NCBI RefSeq assembly: GCF_964355755.1
Contig: NC_092676.1
Coordinates: 28,538,871-28,602,870 of the forward strand
Direction of reading: 5' to 3'
DNA: 64,000 bases
Origin: Antedon mediterranea
Taxonomy: Eukaryota > Animalia > Echinodermata
The position numbers and the translations under genes were made by a program. The notes under the pieces are model-generated. The model was not told the origin of the DNA, made no database searches, and was given only the letters and a program-made list of their open reading frames with translations. Each line of letters begins with the position of its first letter. The stretch's first letter is position 1. Of this stretch, positions 44,328 to 51,778 are shown piece after piece.

Positions 44328-47300
44328 GTATATTTCGGTGTATAAGTCGCACCTGTGTATAAGACGCACCCCCTAATTGAGAGTAAAATATCGGTATTTA
44401 TTATATCGTCGATGTATAAGACGCACCTTATATTTCACCAAAACAAATTTTTTTTTAAATTGTAATCAATATTTATATTGTAATAAATATTTTGTTATAT
44501 CTACAACGCCGTCCTTTATTTAGGTTTTAGTGGTAAAAAATCTTCATGCCTATATTTTATAAGTATGCTCATTTTTTAGAACTTAATAATTATAGGAATG
44601 ATACAATCAATGGCCTAAATCAAGTCGGCTTTTATGTAATGAAATGTAAGGGGTCATCTCTATAGTTTTTCCCTCTCATATTTAAAAATAGACGTTCTAT
44701 TAATTCACTAGCCTGTGTTAATTGTAACAATTTATTTATGAACTTTACGGTAAGTTCAAGGGGGCACGTTATTATTTTAGATTTAATATCTAGCAAGTAA
44801 TTATAATTTATTGATCAACTAATCAATTAAAATCAATATCACCTTCTCAACTTGAAATGCAAATAAAGCGAGTTGTTATTGAAAGGCGTAAAATGAGGGT
44901 TTTCCCTGCCTTTTGTTGGGTCTTTGTTCGAACATGGAAATTCGACCTGTTTTTGGTTGACAGACTCTTGTAGGTTAATTATTTGTATAATTAATAATTA
45001 TTGGCTGGTAGTAAACGCGAACTTAAATTTCCATAATCATTTGTATGTGTTACTTTAAGGGTTAATAATGATACTTAAAATAAAACATATTAATAACCTA
45101 TACAGGAAACGTATTGATTGTTGGAAAAATTCTGTTGAAAGGGTATAATAAAAATGTAAATTTATTACATAATAGGTAAAAAAATGTACTCCCTATTGAC
45201 TTGGGTATAATACTGTAATTAAAATTCTAAAATAAATTGTTTAAATATTAAATGAAAAAGTTTTGATAATTAAAAATAAACACATTGTTATACATTAATT
45301 AATAATCAATATAATAATATAGAAATATTCAAATTATTTTATATATAACATTTTCTTTGTTATGTATAATACACTAACTCTGTATTTTTTTATTCTATAT
45401 GTGAAGATCGGAAATGGAGATTAAATGAATGTCTGTTTATTAAAGACAAAATTTAATTGGCATATGGATAGTCCTTCACTAAATTTAATGACAATCAACT
45501 ATGCTTGAGGCTGACCTATCTAATGTGACAAAGATGACAGCGTGCACATGGCCTCTAGAATCACCAGAGCACATCATTTGACGTCAAAACACGGTGCAAG
45601 TTGATTAATAAGCCACAATATATGACACGTAGCTGAGAGAAGATGCCAAAAGACATGATAATGTCACGGTCTATTATTCAAATGGTAATGTGAACAATTT
45701 GGTTGATCAGTTTGGTTTAAGACGCTTGCCTCTAAATTCATTAGATTATTCATCTCCAGTCTATTATCCCCTCCACATGGCCTTTCAAAACACTGGGTCG
45801 CACACCATACAACACCCCCAGTGGTTGTAAAAAAAGCTTTGCTAGGTGAAAGAGGCTTTCTACCACCACACAAAACAGAGGCGCCTCTGTGTAAAATATT
45901 GAATAAAAACAATACACAAAAACTAATGCTCCTGCAGTAGGTCTGGTGGTGGAACAAGTCTTCTCGTATAAGGACTATGAACCATAGGTACAGTGTACAC
46001 AGTTTGCCTGTGTGCCATTTAAAAAACCTGGTTCATCTTTCGAGACAGGTTACCCCAATTAACTGGTTCACAGAATAGCCCCTGCATCAGGAGGATTACC
46101 ACCTATTTTATAGGACAGTGATTCATTTACTATTGGTAATCATTGGCCATGTGTCTAAAGATGTAAACAAAAATAATAATGTGTTGCCGGAAACTCTGCT
46201 AACTTTACTTAAAGCCCCCTTCCCTACGTTTTTTAGATCTAATTTAAGATCACAAACTATATTTAATGTAAAAATAATACTATATGGTCCTATTGCGATA
46301 ACTTTTTTCATCTTTAAACGGTTAAAAATGTGAAAAATAAGTCGATTTTAATAATTATAGCGGCCCGCTATAAATCCCAAAATGCATTGCGCGCGGATTG
46401 ATATTTTTGTTTTTCACCTGTAATTCGCCCACTTTTCGATCGATCGTGAGGCCAAAACAAATGGCGACTCCTAACTTTTCAGCGAAAATACCGGGTTTTC
46501 CCCAATTTGTATCAACGGAGTCTGGCAAAAATAGAAAGACAATTAATGCAGCAACTATACAACGTCAGGCTAGGTATATAGCTAGCGTACGATGTTCGTA
46601 CGTTACCGATGTTTACCAGTTAGGCCTACAAAACTAAGCCTAGCTAGGCTAGGCCTAAGACCGTCCACGAGAGGTCGATCGCCGCGAGCTACTTAGGTAG
46701 TGCATTGTTTCTCACTTTTTATCATAATTTACCATAAAACGTACATTTAAGACAAGGAATGACATGGTTTAATGTTTTTAAAGTGATATATATGTATTAT
46801 TTTCAAAAAAACGTCCAAAATTGCAGGGAAGGGGTCTTTAATCATTTTGATTTAGCTTTTCACTTTTTTTGTATCTCCATTGAGATCCAGCCACTGATAC
46901 ACACAGCATTGTCGTTTTTCAGTATTTTGCCTTTGGATTTTATATAAATAATAATAAATATATGCAATTATTAAAATAACTTTAAATTAATTAATCTGCT
47001 ATAACAAAATAGTTTAAATAATTATTGTAATATTTGCAATACATGGAGCTGTTTTCTTAGCCCGACCTACAACTCCAGGGCTTCCCTTCTTGATGTCATA
47101 TCAGTATCTATATACAATATAGCCTGACCAAATGTCTTATAAAAACAATGCTTATGGAGGCTATAACAGCTGTAAGAACAGAACATAAGCTTAAGCAATA
47201 GAGCTAAGCAGGTGACTTAGTTAATCTAAATCATACTGTGATCTGGTCACAAGGCACGCGACCACCACATTATTCTAAGTATATACTTACATACATTATG

Positions 47301-50300
47301 AAACCATTAAATAATTTAGCAAAGGTATTTTTTCAAATATTGTTAATACTCAGATTACATTATAGGAGTTCTGTAGTATAAATATAATAAATAAAAGATA
47401 CATTTGAAGTACAGTACTAAATTAATTTGAAATAATTATTTCTAAGAAATGGTACATATATAAATCAATAATATTGATGTGTTGAACAACAAACAAACTG
47501 TACTACATTGACAATACAATACAATGATCAATACAAATGGAACAATATATTACAATTTATTTATATTCTTTAGATAAAATATAATAATATCAATCAAAGG
47601 CAAAGTATTGACAAATGACAATGCTGTAGATATCAATGGCTGAAATATACAAATGTTATGGGAGGAGGGAAGTGAGCATTTATTTAAGGGGGAGAAGTTT
47701 AATTCTTGAGGGCATAGTTCATGGACTATACCATTTGTGGAAAAGGGGATTCAATGAAAACTTCTAGTTTTCAAGTCTATCTAGCTCTTCGAGGAGAGAA
47801 GAATATTGTTGGTTCATCAAGGTAAGCTAGGCACGAAATAGACCCAAAAGGATGTTTTATGGGGGCGTTTATTTAAGGGAGATAATTATTCAAAGCGGGC
47901 GTTTATTCGAATAAATATGGTATATATGATATTCAATTCATTCTTTCTAATGAGCTCATATGATGAAGTACGTAAATCCTGAATGACAAAGTCAGTTAAA
48001 TTCCACTTGCTCTTATCAACTGCTTGTTCTGCTAAATCAGAATAAATTGTCTAATTAAAACCTCTGAATGCGTAGCGACATAAACCTAAGTCTAGGAGAT
48101 TTAAGCTCGCATTTAAATAGAACTTCATTAACGCAGCGTTAAAAATAGTAAACGAACGACGTTTGTTTCTTGTGTGCGTATCCAATGTATCATATATTGT
48201 ATGGATATTAAATGACCGTAGGGTAGCTTACAAATCAATGTTTGGTCAATAGCATTGTGTATTAATAGACGGAATAAAGCTTTTGAAATTAAGTATAAGA
48301 AACTACAGGGTACTCTTGTGCATTGGTCTCTATTCCAGTCTCCAATGTCAGAAGTCTATATAGAACTTTTGATGAGACTCCAGCAATTTGCTATTAGTAG
48401 ATTTATAATTGCTAGTTAAACATTTCAAAAGTTAAATTATTTGACTGAAAAAAATACATTTTTAATATAGTAAGCAAGGTACTGTACTTGATTTTTGATT
48501 GGCATTTTTCTGAAAATTTAACTTTTTGTAGAATAATTCAATTATTAAAATTTGATTTTAAAATTTTGCTTCATTTTTTAAATATTTTGTTTTGCTAGTT
48601 TGATTTTTTACGACTAACACTAACACTAGTGGAATAAAAAAGTAAATTCCTAGCCCTGGACTCGCAATTTGTGGATGGACACCGACATGCAGCATCTCAA
48701 AGTAGACTTACATCTGTGTCAATATGGTAGTAGTTAGCATGAACTTACAAATTGGACATAGTGACAGATATTGATCAGGTATCATCTTCATCGATGTAGT
48801 AGTTTATAGTAATGGTCACTAATGTCCAGATATAACTGATTATAAAAATAATAATACTTTATCATGACCAATTAATAAGTATACTCCCTTCAGATATAGT
48901 TGGCTATAAGGCACGACTTGAACTGATTATAAAAACAACAATGTATGACTACAAGAGGATTACTATAATTAATTTTAAAAACCAGACAGACAGATCTGTG
49001 GATGAATTAATATTGTTAGATGCATAGAGTAGTAGTTGAGCTGACAGTATGACAGTAGCTTGGTGGTAAACGTGCTTGCCTTCCAATCCCAAGGTTGAAA
49101 GCTTATATAAAATATTTTTTTAAAGGATGAATACATGTTTCTTTATCTGATACAAAGTTGATTTTGGGTCAGAATGTAGATGGAAGAATGCCAATCTAGA
49201 CAACTGATGAATAATAAATAGACAACATGAATGAAAGAATGAATGAAAGGTGCGCTATCAAATATTCTGTCCCATATTGACAGTTAAAACTCATGACAGG
49301 AGTCATCAACAAATTTCTTGAAAATAATAATAATTCTCTTTTGTATTGCCCAAAAGAAATGTTCTCTATATTGCTGCGACCACAAGGCTAGAACTACAGT
49401 AGGTGAAATACATTAGTTCATATGCAATGTGAAAGAGATGGGTTTTCAGAAACTGTTTGAAAATTAATAGGCTTGTTTAGTAGTACCTATTTACAAAAAC
49501 AAATTCACCTGAAATTGTGGTCTTTTCATGCAAAAACAAGCATACAAAGAAAAATATACTTTTCCACGAAAAAGTAAATAATTCATGGAAGTATGCCCGG
49601 AAGTATGGAATGTACAAATGGATGTGATGACAGACAATGAATGATTAATAGATTCATGTGCGTTTTACATTTTGCCTGTTGCTCTGTTAGAACATTGAAA
49701 CGCATCGAAAATAGGTATCACATATGGCATTGATGTTGCCCTACATAGAATGTGTGACGTAGTACGCGAGTTTGACCAATATATATATATATATATATAT
49801 ATATGATTTGTTTATATATATATATATAAATTAATAAATAAATAAATTTATCGTTTCAAATTAATTAATTAAATTTCAGTATATCACCGGGCGGTTTAGA
49901 ATTAATGTTCTTTGCCTGATTTGTTTATATATATAAAAGTATCTCTTCGGAGATCCCGCCTCGTGAATAAAAATACTGTAAGATGAGGGCGTATCAATTT
50001 GATCTCTGGTGCGCGTGCGTACAACTGAGGACTAGTGCTGTTCCGCCGTACCACGCCGAGAATGTTAAAGAGTCGCTATCCAATCGAGTTTGAACAATAC
50101 CATGAAAGGCCCCAGTGGTCTAATGGTTAGGGCAACTGCATATCAAGCAGACGGTCCGAGTTCGAGTCTCGGTTGGGGCGACTTTTTCTCATTCTCACAG
50201 ATTTCCTCATTTTATCGTTTCATATTAATTAATTAAATTTCAGTATATCACCGGGCGGTTTAGAATTAATGTTCTTTGCCTACTGTGTTATATATATATA

Positions 50301-51193
50301 TATATATATATATTTATCGTTTCAAATTAATTAATTAAATTTTAGTATATCACACCGGGCGGTTTAGAATTAATGTTCTTTGCCTCTTGTGTTTATATAT
50401 ATATATATATGGAGGTTGCCCACACTGCATATTATGAAACAAGGTTTTTATACACATTACTTTATCTTACGAACCATCACACACGAATATAGACAGACCT
50501 AGAAGGCATCAGTAACAATCATAATTAATTAATTATTATGCTACATTATTATAAACTAGATTATGGTGTATGAATAGAGAGGGATCATGAATTTTATTAA
50601 TTTATAAATTAATAACACTACTTAAAGCCATAAAACATTCATATTCAGGAAAAAATTGCATATTTTCTTGTAATAAAAGTGCAAAAAAAAACATAAATAA
50701 TTACAAAATGAAATGGTTTTACTAAAATATTTTTAAATTATTATTAATACCATTAATTTTCATTTAAATTAAATAATGTTGTCAAAGAAATTGAAAGTGG
50801 TCTCATTGTATGACCTCTGCATATTCAAAAGTAAGTTTCGGGTTCGAATCTCGGTTGGAGTATATCACTGGGCCAGTTTGTTTTGTGTCTGTTAATTTAT
50901 ATTTTGTTTTCAATATTATATTTATGTTTTGTTCAAATTATAAAAATTATTAATAATATCTAAGCAAGATTCTGGAAATAGATAAAAGAGAAAAAGCAAG
51001 AAGGATTTCAAGTCAACATGCCATTTTTTACTTTCAATTTACTTATGATTTTCAAAACTTAGTAAGGCCAAAAAATGAGATAGCAGACTATCCTGAAATC
51101 AAGACGCCGCCAAAGTTACTTACCGGTGCGAACGAGGTCCATTCCAGCCTCTCCATCTCGGTGGTCGAGAAGCGGCTCCCCACCATTCATCAT
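2078..51193 (-). CDS. F-BAR-like + C1 domain protein, STAC/Dstac-like (multi-exon, 3' end beyond window start)
   Basis: 13 GT-AG exons with compatible phases: 51193-51124, 38713-38608, 37935-37866, 30318-30166, 26044-25985, 24511-24395, 22475-22395, 15842-15693, 14964-14884, 13080-13010, 9761-9644, 7476-6870, 6543-6449, then 3163-3085 and 2330-2078 continue the frame (15 in total). The spliced protein has MDLVRTVAEFTRQISDLYKQHA, HNSYVLQL, a C1 domain, LLRRQKSSSE, EIDPVYEAIK and SAPH, motifs recalled from invertebrate STAC-like proteins. Confidence 0.8.
2427..2737 (+). mobile_element. tRNA-derived SINE with a Deu-domain-like core
   Basis: A box TGGCCGAGTGG, B box GGTTCGAGGC, core ggataaggactataaaccgtaggtcc...taaagaacc...gagtagggggttaccccggtgt, A-rich tail; degenerate copy at about 45940-46060. 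Confidence 0.75.
2738..2936. repeat. 55-bp tandem repeat (~3.5 copies) inside a dispersed element also present at about 54048-54175
   Basis: Unit ggcccctggtttagcagtactaaggaccctccagtggggcgacggacagggcaaa. Confidence 0.85.
3085..3163 (-). CDS. STAC-like exon (SEKRKLLRRQKSSSEVEGPRDETPRI)
   Basis: tttag acceptor and G|gtaaaa donor; an alternative same-phase GT lies 6 nt upstream. Confidence 0.8.
3397..3607. repeat. 17-bp minisatellite (gaacacccttattaagg)
   Basis: About 12 near-perfect copies following ta|cagtagaa. Confidence 0.9.
6449..6543 (-). CDS. STAC-like exon: second half of the C1 domain (GLIKQGLRCKLCKVSIHHKCQQIVPAC)
   Basis: Completes the H...C..C...C..C....H..C...C C1 pattern; tacag/gtaggt sites. 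Confidence 0.9.
6870..7476 (-). CDS. STAC-like large exon: charged linker and first half of the C1 domain (HIFQDYNFKKPTFCDQCRGLLR)
   Basis: Lies inside ORF 6829-7494; cacag/gtaaca sites. Confidence 0.9.
7570..7740. mobile_element. Harbinger-like MITE family A, degenerate copy
   Basis: ctatcaaactagtttgac...gtttgatagtgt with 21-bp internal repeats. Confidence 0.7.
9644..9761 (-). CDS. STAC-like exon (NTRRGSNIIKR...KTKQTQ)
   Basis: accag/gtatgt sites; phases 2/0. Confidence 0.8.
10023..10183. mobile_element. PIF/Harbinger-like MITE family A
   Basis: TIR AGCTCTGTCTACAC, TAA on both sides. Confidence 0.85.
11678..11838. mobile_element. MITE family A
   Basis: Same TIR, TTA on both sides. Confidence 0.85.
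12348..12849. mobile_element. TTAA-flanked non-autonomous DNA transposon (Kolobok-like)
   Basis: TIR AGATGTATTGTCCC...GGGACAATACATCT with TTAA on both sides; solo ends at about 8084, 15285 and 42240. Confidence 0.75.
12853..12984. mobile_element. MITE family A, overlapping the TTAA of the adjacent element
   Basis: Same TIR, TTA on both sides. Confidence 0.85.
13010..13080 (-). CDS. STAC-like exon (IDDLENELSELNDKLNKQKRYCD), coiled coil
   Basis: attag/gtaaga sites; phases 0/2. Confidence 0.85.
13640..13928. mobile_element. Two adjacent MITE family A copies (13640-13763 and 13783 to about 13928)
   Basis: Same TIRs; the second copy has a damaged right end. Confidence 0.8.
14262..14681. repeat. 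41-bp minisatellite (gggccaatccatattaaagggacactctgttgggtcctgaa) ending in gttctactg|ta
   Basis: Tandem copies read directly. Confidence 0.9.
14706..14860. mobile_element. MITE family A
   Basis: Same TIR. Confidence 0.85.
14884..14964 (-). CDS. STAC-like exon (DFSQGKLIHHPSTEQSLQETQGDLIKE)
   Basis: tttcag/gtatgg sites; 27 codons. Confidence 0.8.
15693..15842 (-). CDS. STAC-like exon (LCDQGRRMDAIVTLTRAVD...EASVTG)
   Basis: gacag/gtaagt sites; 50 codons. Confidence 0.85.
16249..16369. mobile_element. MITE family A
   Basis: Same TIR, TAA on both sides. Confidence 0.8.
17776..17976. repeat. 16-bp minisatellite (acactgtgcgctgcct/gtcc)
   Basis: Tandem copies read directly. Confidence 0.85.
18469..18840. 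repeat. 24-bp minisatellite (gtggatgtgtgatgtgacatgagg)
   Basis: About 15 copies. Confidence 0.9.
19755..20097. mobile_element. MITE with 22-bp TIR and internal inverted repeats
   Basis: ACTTGTCTATTGTATGACCCAC ... GTGGGTCATAGAATTGACAAGT; internal gaggtgcgtcat/atgacgcacctc. Confidence 0.7.
20163..20895. repeat. 35-bp minisatellite (atcaactatttactgcctgctcctacgttccctat)
   Basis: About 21 copies with variants. Confidence 0.95.
21354..22072. repeat. 21-bp minisatellite (gatataacggacaggtttggc)
   Basis: About 34 copies with one 5-bp insertion. Confidence 0.95.
22395..22475 (-). CDS. STAC-like exon (DLQNIQASVVDSTAHAIIKHAKIIQTR)
   Basis: gacag/gtatgt sites; 27 codons. Confidence 0.85.
23290..24229. 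mobile_element. MITE family A split by a nested ~800-bp TTGCGCAA-rich element
   Basis: Left half 23290-23373, right half 24168-24229. Confidence 0.75.
24395..24511 (-). CDS. STAC-like exon (QNPFLFDCYKKHNSYVLQLSLVNEYNSSLQDLALPHIVQ)
   Basis: cctag/gtaagt sites; F-BAR-like HN.Y..L....N motif; tandem tagCAG acceptor. Confidence 0.85.
25318..25555. repeat. ~77-bp triplication
   Basis: ttgaaggtctt...aaaataatgacacatag...cagagtacc repeated three times. Confidence 0.8.
25985..26044 (-). CDS. STAC-like exon (SQRNYAETWTRMTKSQGSTK)
   Basis: ctctag/gtgaag sites; 20 codons. Confidence 0.8.
26998..27808. repeat. 63-bp minisatellite
   Basis: About 13 copies of cacccagtaatatttcagggttacatcttctcaaccacccccttccctctttcctaccaaatt. 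Confidence 0.95.
30166..30318 (-). CDS. STAC-like exon (NNFDIANSLLLYVAEPL...SALLK)
   Basis: Lies inside ORF 30112-30369; tacag/gtaagc sites; 51 codons. Confidence 0.85.
32190..33138. repeat. 21-bp minisatellite (gagattggacatgacgcgaat)
   Basis: About 45 copies; variants occur in clustered runs. Confidence 0.95.
33294..35764. repeat. 2.5-kb 17-bp minisatellite with three interspersed variants (tattgtttgtagt + gcct/gcaa/acaa)
   Basis: About 145 units by length. Confidence 0.95.
36766..36990 (+). mobile_element. tRNA-derived SINE (TCC anticodon-like loop), second family
   Basis: TAGCTTGGTGG A box, GGTTCAATCC B box, A-rich tail; reverse copy at about 43620-43810 and head fragment at about 49055-49095. 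Confidence 0.75.
37125..37262. mobile_element. MITE family A (internal deletion)
   Basis: Same TIR. Confidence 0.8.
37866..37935 (-). CDS. STAC-like exon (SKERTPLLRCWDAMLEEYQAAVQ)
   Basis: ttgtag acceptor, gtaaaa donor, phases 2/0. Confidence 0.85.
38163..38314. mobile_element. MITE family A, diverged
   Basis: ctacactatcaaact...agtttgatattgtagatgaagct. Confidence 0.7.
38397..38539. mobile_element. Possible hAT-like MITE
   Basis: CAGTGATGTAGCCA ... TGGCTAAGGCACTG imperfect TIR; no clean target-site duplication. Confidence 0.4.
38608..38713 (-). CDS. STAC-like exon (VAEFTRQISDLYKQHANSLQNVVYMFRQSNDKIKDR)
   Basis: cttacag acceptor, gttagt donor, phases 1/2. Confidence 0.85.
38790..39240. repeat. 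17-bp minisatellite (ggtatgtgccccagcta)
   Basis: About 26 copies, degenerate at the edges. Confidence 0.95.
40237..40456. mobile_element. MITE family A with a duplicated right arm
   Basis: Right TIR appears at both 40395 and 40456. Confidence 0.75.
40704..40991. repeat. Compound microsatellite (GAAAT)n-(GAAAAT)n-(GGAAAT)n-(GAAAT)n
   Basis: Read directly. Confidence 0.95.
41080..41197 (+). mobile_element. Helentron-associated (HINE/DINE-1-like) non-autonomous element
   Basis: TTTTAGTCGCG with adjacent inverted CGCGACT, GTCG/GTCT microsatellite, 3' GCGACT, short ggc...gcc stem, T-runs on both sides. Confidence 0.65.
42800..43452. repeat. ~54-56 bp AT-rich minisatellite (gatagtgttatcacatcataatgatgacaatttgttgatgataatattgataat)
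   Basis: About 12 copies with alternating variants. Confidence 0.9.
43620..43810 (-). mobile_element. Reverse copy of the second SINE family
   Basis: Reverse complement aligns to 36766-36990. Confidence 0.7.
44326..44430 (+). mobile_element. Left end of a Tc2/pogo-like DNA element next to (TA)n
   Basis: TA|CCGTATATTTCGGTGTATAAGTCGCAC with repeated TATAAGACGCAC. Confidence 0.55.
45940..46060 (+). mobile_element. Degenerate fragment of the same SINE
   Basis: Aligns to 2516-2640. Confidence 0.7.
46213..46837. mobile_element. TTAA-flanked non-autonomous DNA transposon (Kolobok-like), second family
   Basis: TIR AGCCCCCTTCCCT...AGGGAAGGGGTCT with TTAA at 46209 and 46838. Confidence 0.7.
50109..50180 (+). 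tRNA. tRNA-like gene or pseudo-tRNA, anticodon ATC (Asp-type), probably part of a repeat element
   Basis: 72 nt cloverleaf: acceptor GCCCCAG/TTGGGGC, A box TGGTCTAATGG, anticodon arm CTGC-ATATCAA-GCAG, T arm CCGAG-TTCGAGT-CTCGG, then TTTTT. The purine at position 32 and an A-A pair are atypical. Confidence 0.6.
51124..51193 (-). CDS. STAC-like exon 1 (MMNGGEPLLDHRDGEAGMDLVRT; alternative start at 51142)
   Basis: ATG plus G|gtaagt donor in phase 1, matching the 38713 exon. Confidence 0.7.
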
Positions 51194-51778
51194 CAGACAA
51201 TTTGATGCTGAATTTATATCCTTTTCGAGAACTGGCATTGGCTACGAAACAACAGCTAGCAGTAGCCTTTTATTATGTAGTTAATATTCAAAAATCATCA
51301 TTTAATCTTTTGATTTGCGCCGCGCGAATTAATTGCAATAGGACGTACACAGGCCAGAATCCAACCGTCTTCTTCTTCAGTTCCTCTTCGTGTTATTGCG
51401 TGTGAATCGAACTGTGAAAAAAGAGACCAACATTGACAATCAATACAAACGCAGGTCCGAGCTGTCAATCAACATCTGATGATGTCTACTTAGAAGATCA
51501 TCATTAATTGTTTCCTATAAAAAATAAAATGTTTTTAAGGAATTTTTTTTTAATTGGAAAAATTACAAGCAACCCAAAAAACAAACAAAAAATCTATAAA
51601 TTTCAAAATTTAAGTACCGTATCAGCAGTGTAGTGCGGTATCAGTTTTATGAGTACCTACCAGCTACCAGGTGTAGTTTGGTACGGTATAGAGAGTATAG
51701 AGGGCGCTATGCTCATTTTGATCATCATCACATTTTAATTTTCTTCGATCGATCGAGTCGTCGAGTTTCGAGAAGAAA
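51194..51778. promoter_or_regulatory. Divergent (bidirectional) promoter region between the STAC-like gene and NDUFA9
   Basis: Start codons head to head, 585 bp apart; CpG-enriched; CTCF-like TAGAGGGCGCTA at 51698-51709. Confidence 0.65.

Noticed and set aside
45664-45957. ORF containing GASVLCGG, faintly like an aldehyde dehydrogenase segment
   Set aside because: The similarity is very short, needs a frameshift, and no neighbouring exons exist.
47972-48031. Candidate 60-nt in-frame cassette exon of the STAC-like gene
   Set aside because: The GTACTT donor is weak and the exon would interrupt the MDLVRT-VAEF helix; it needs RNA evidence.
48749-48835. Minus-strand AG...GTAAG-bounded segment
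   Set aside because: It has stops in all three frames.
50025-50108. CTGAGGA as a hammerhead ribozyme core
   Set aside because: No stem II closed by GAAA and no stem I/III pairing were found.
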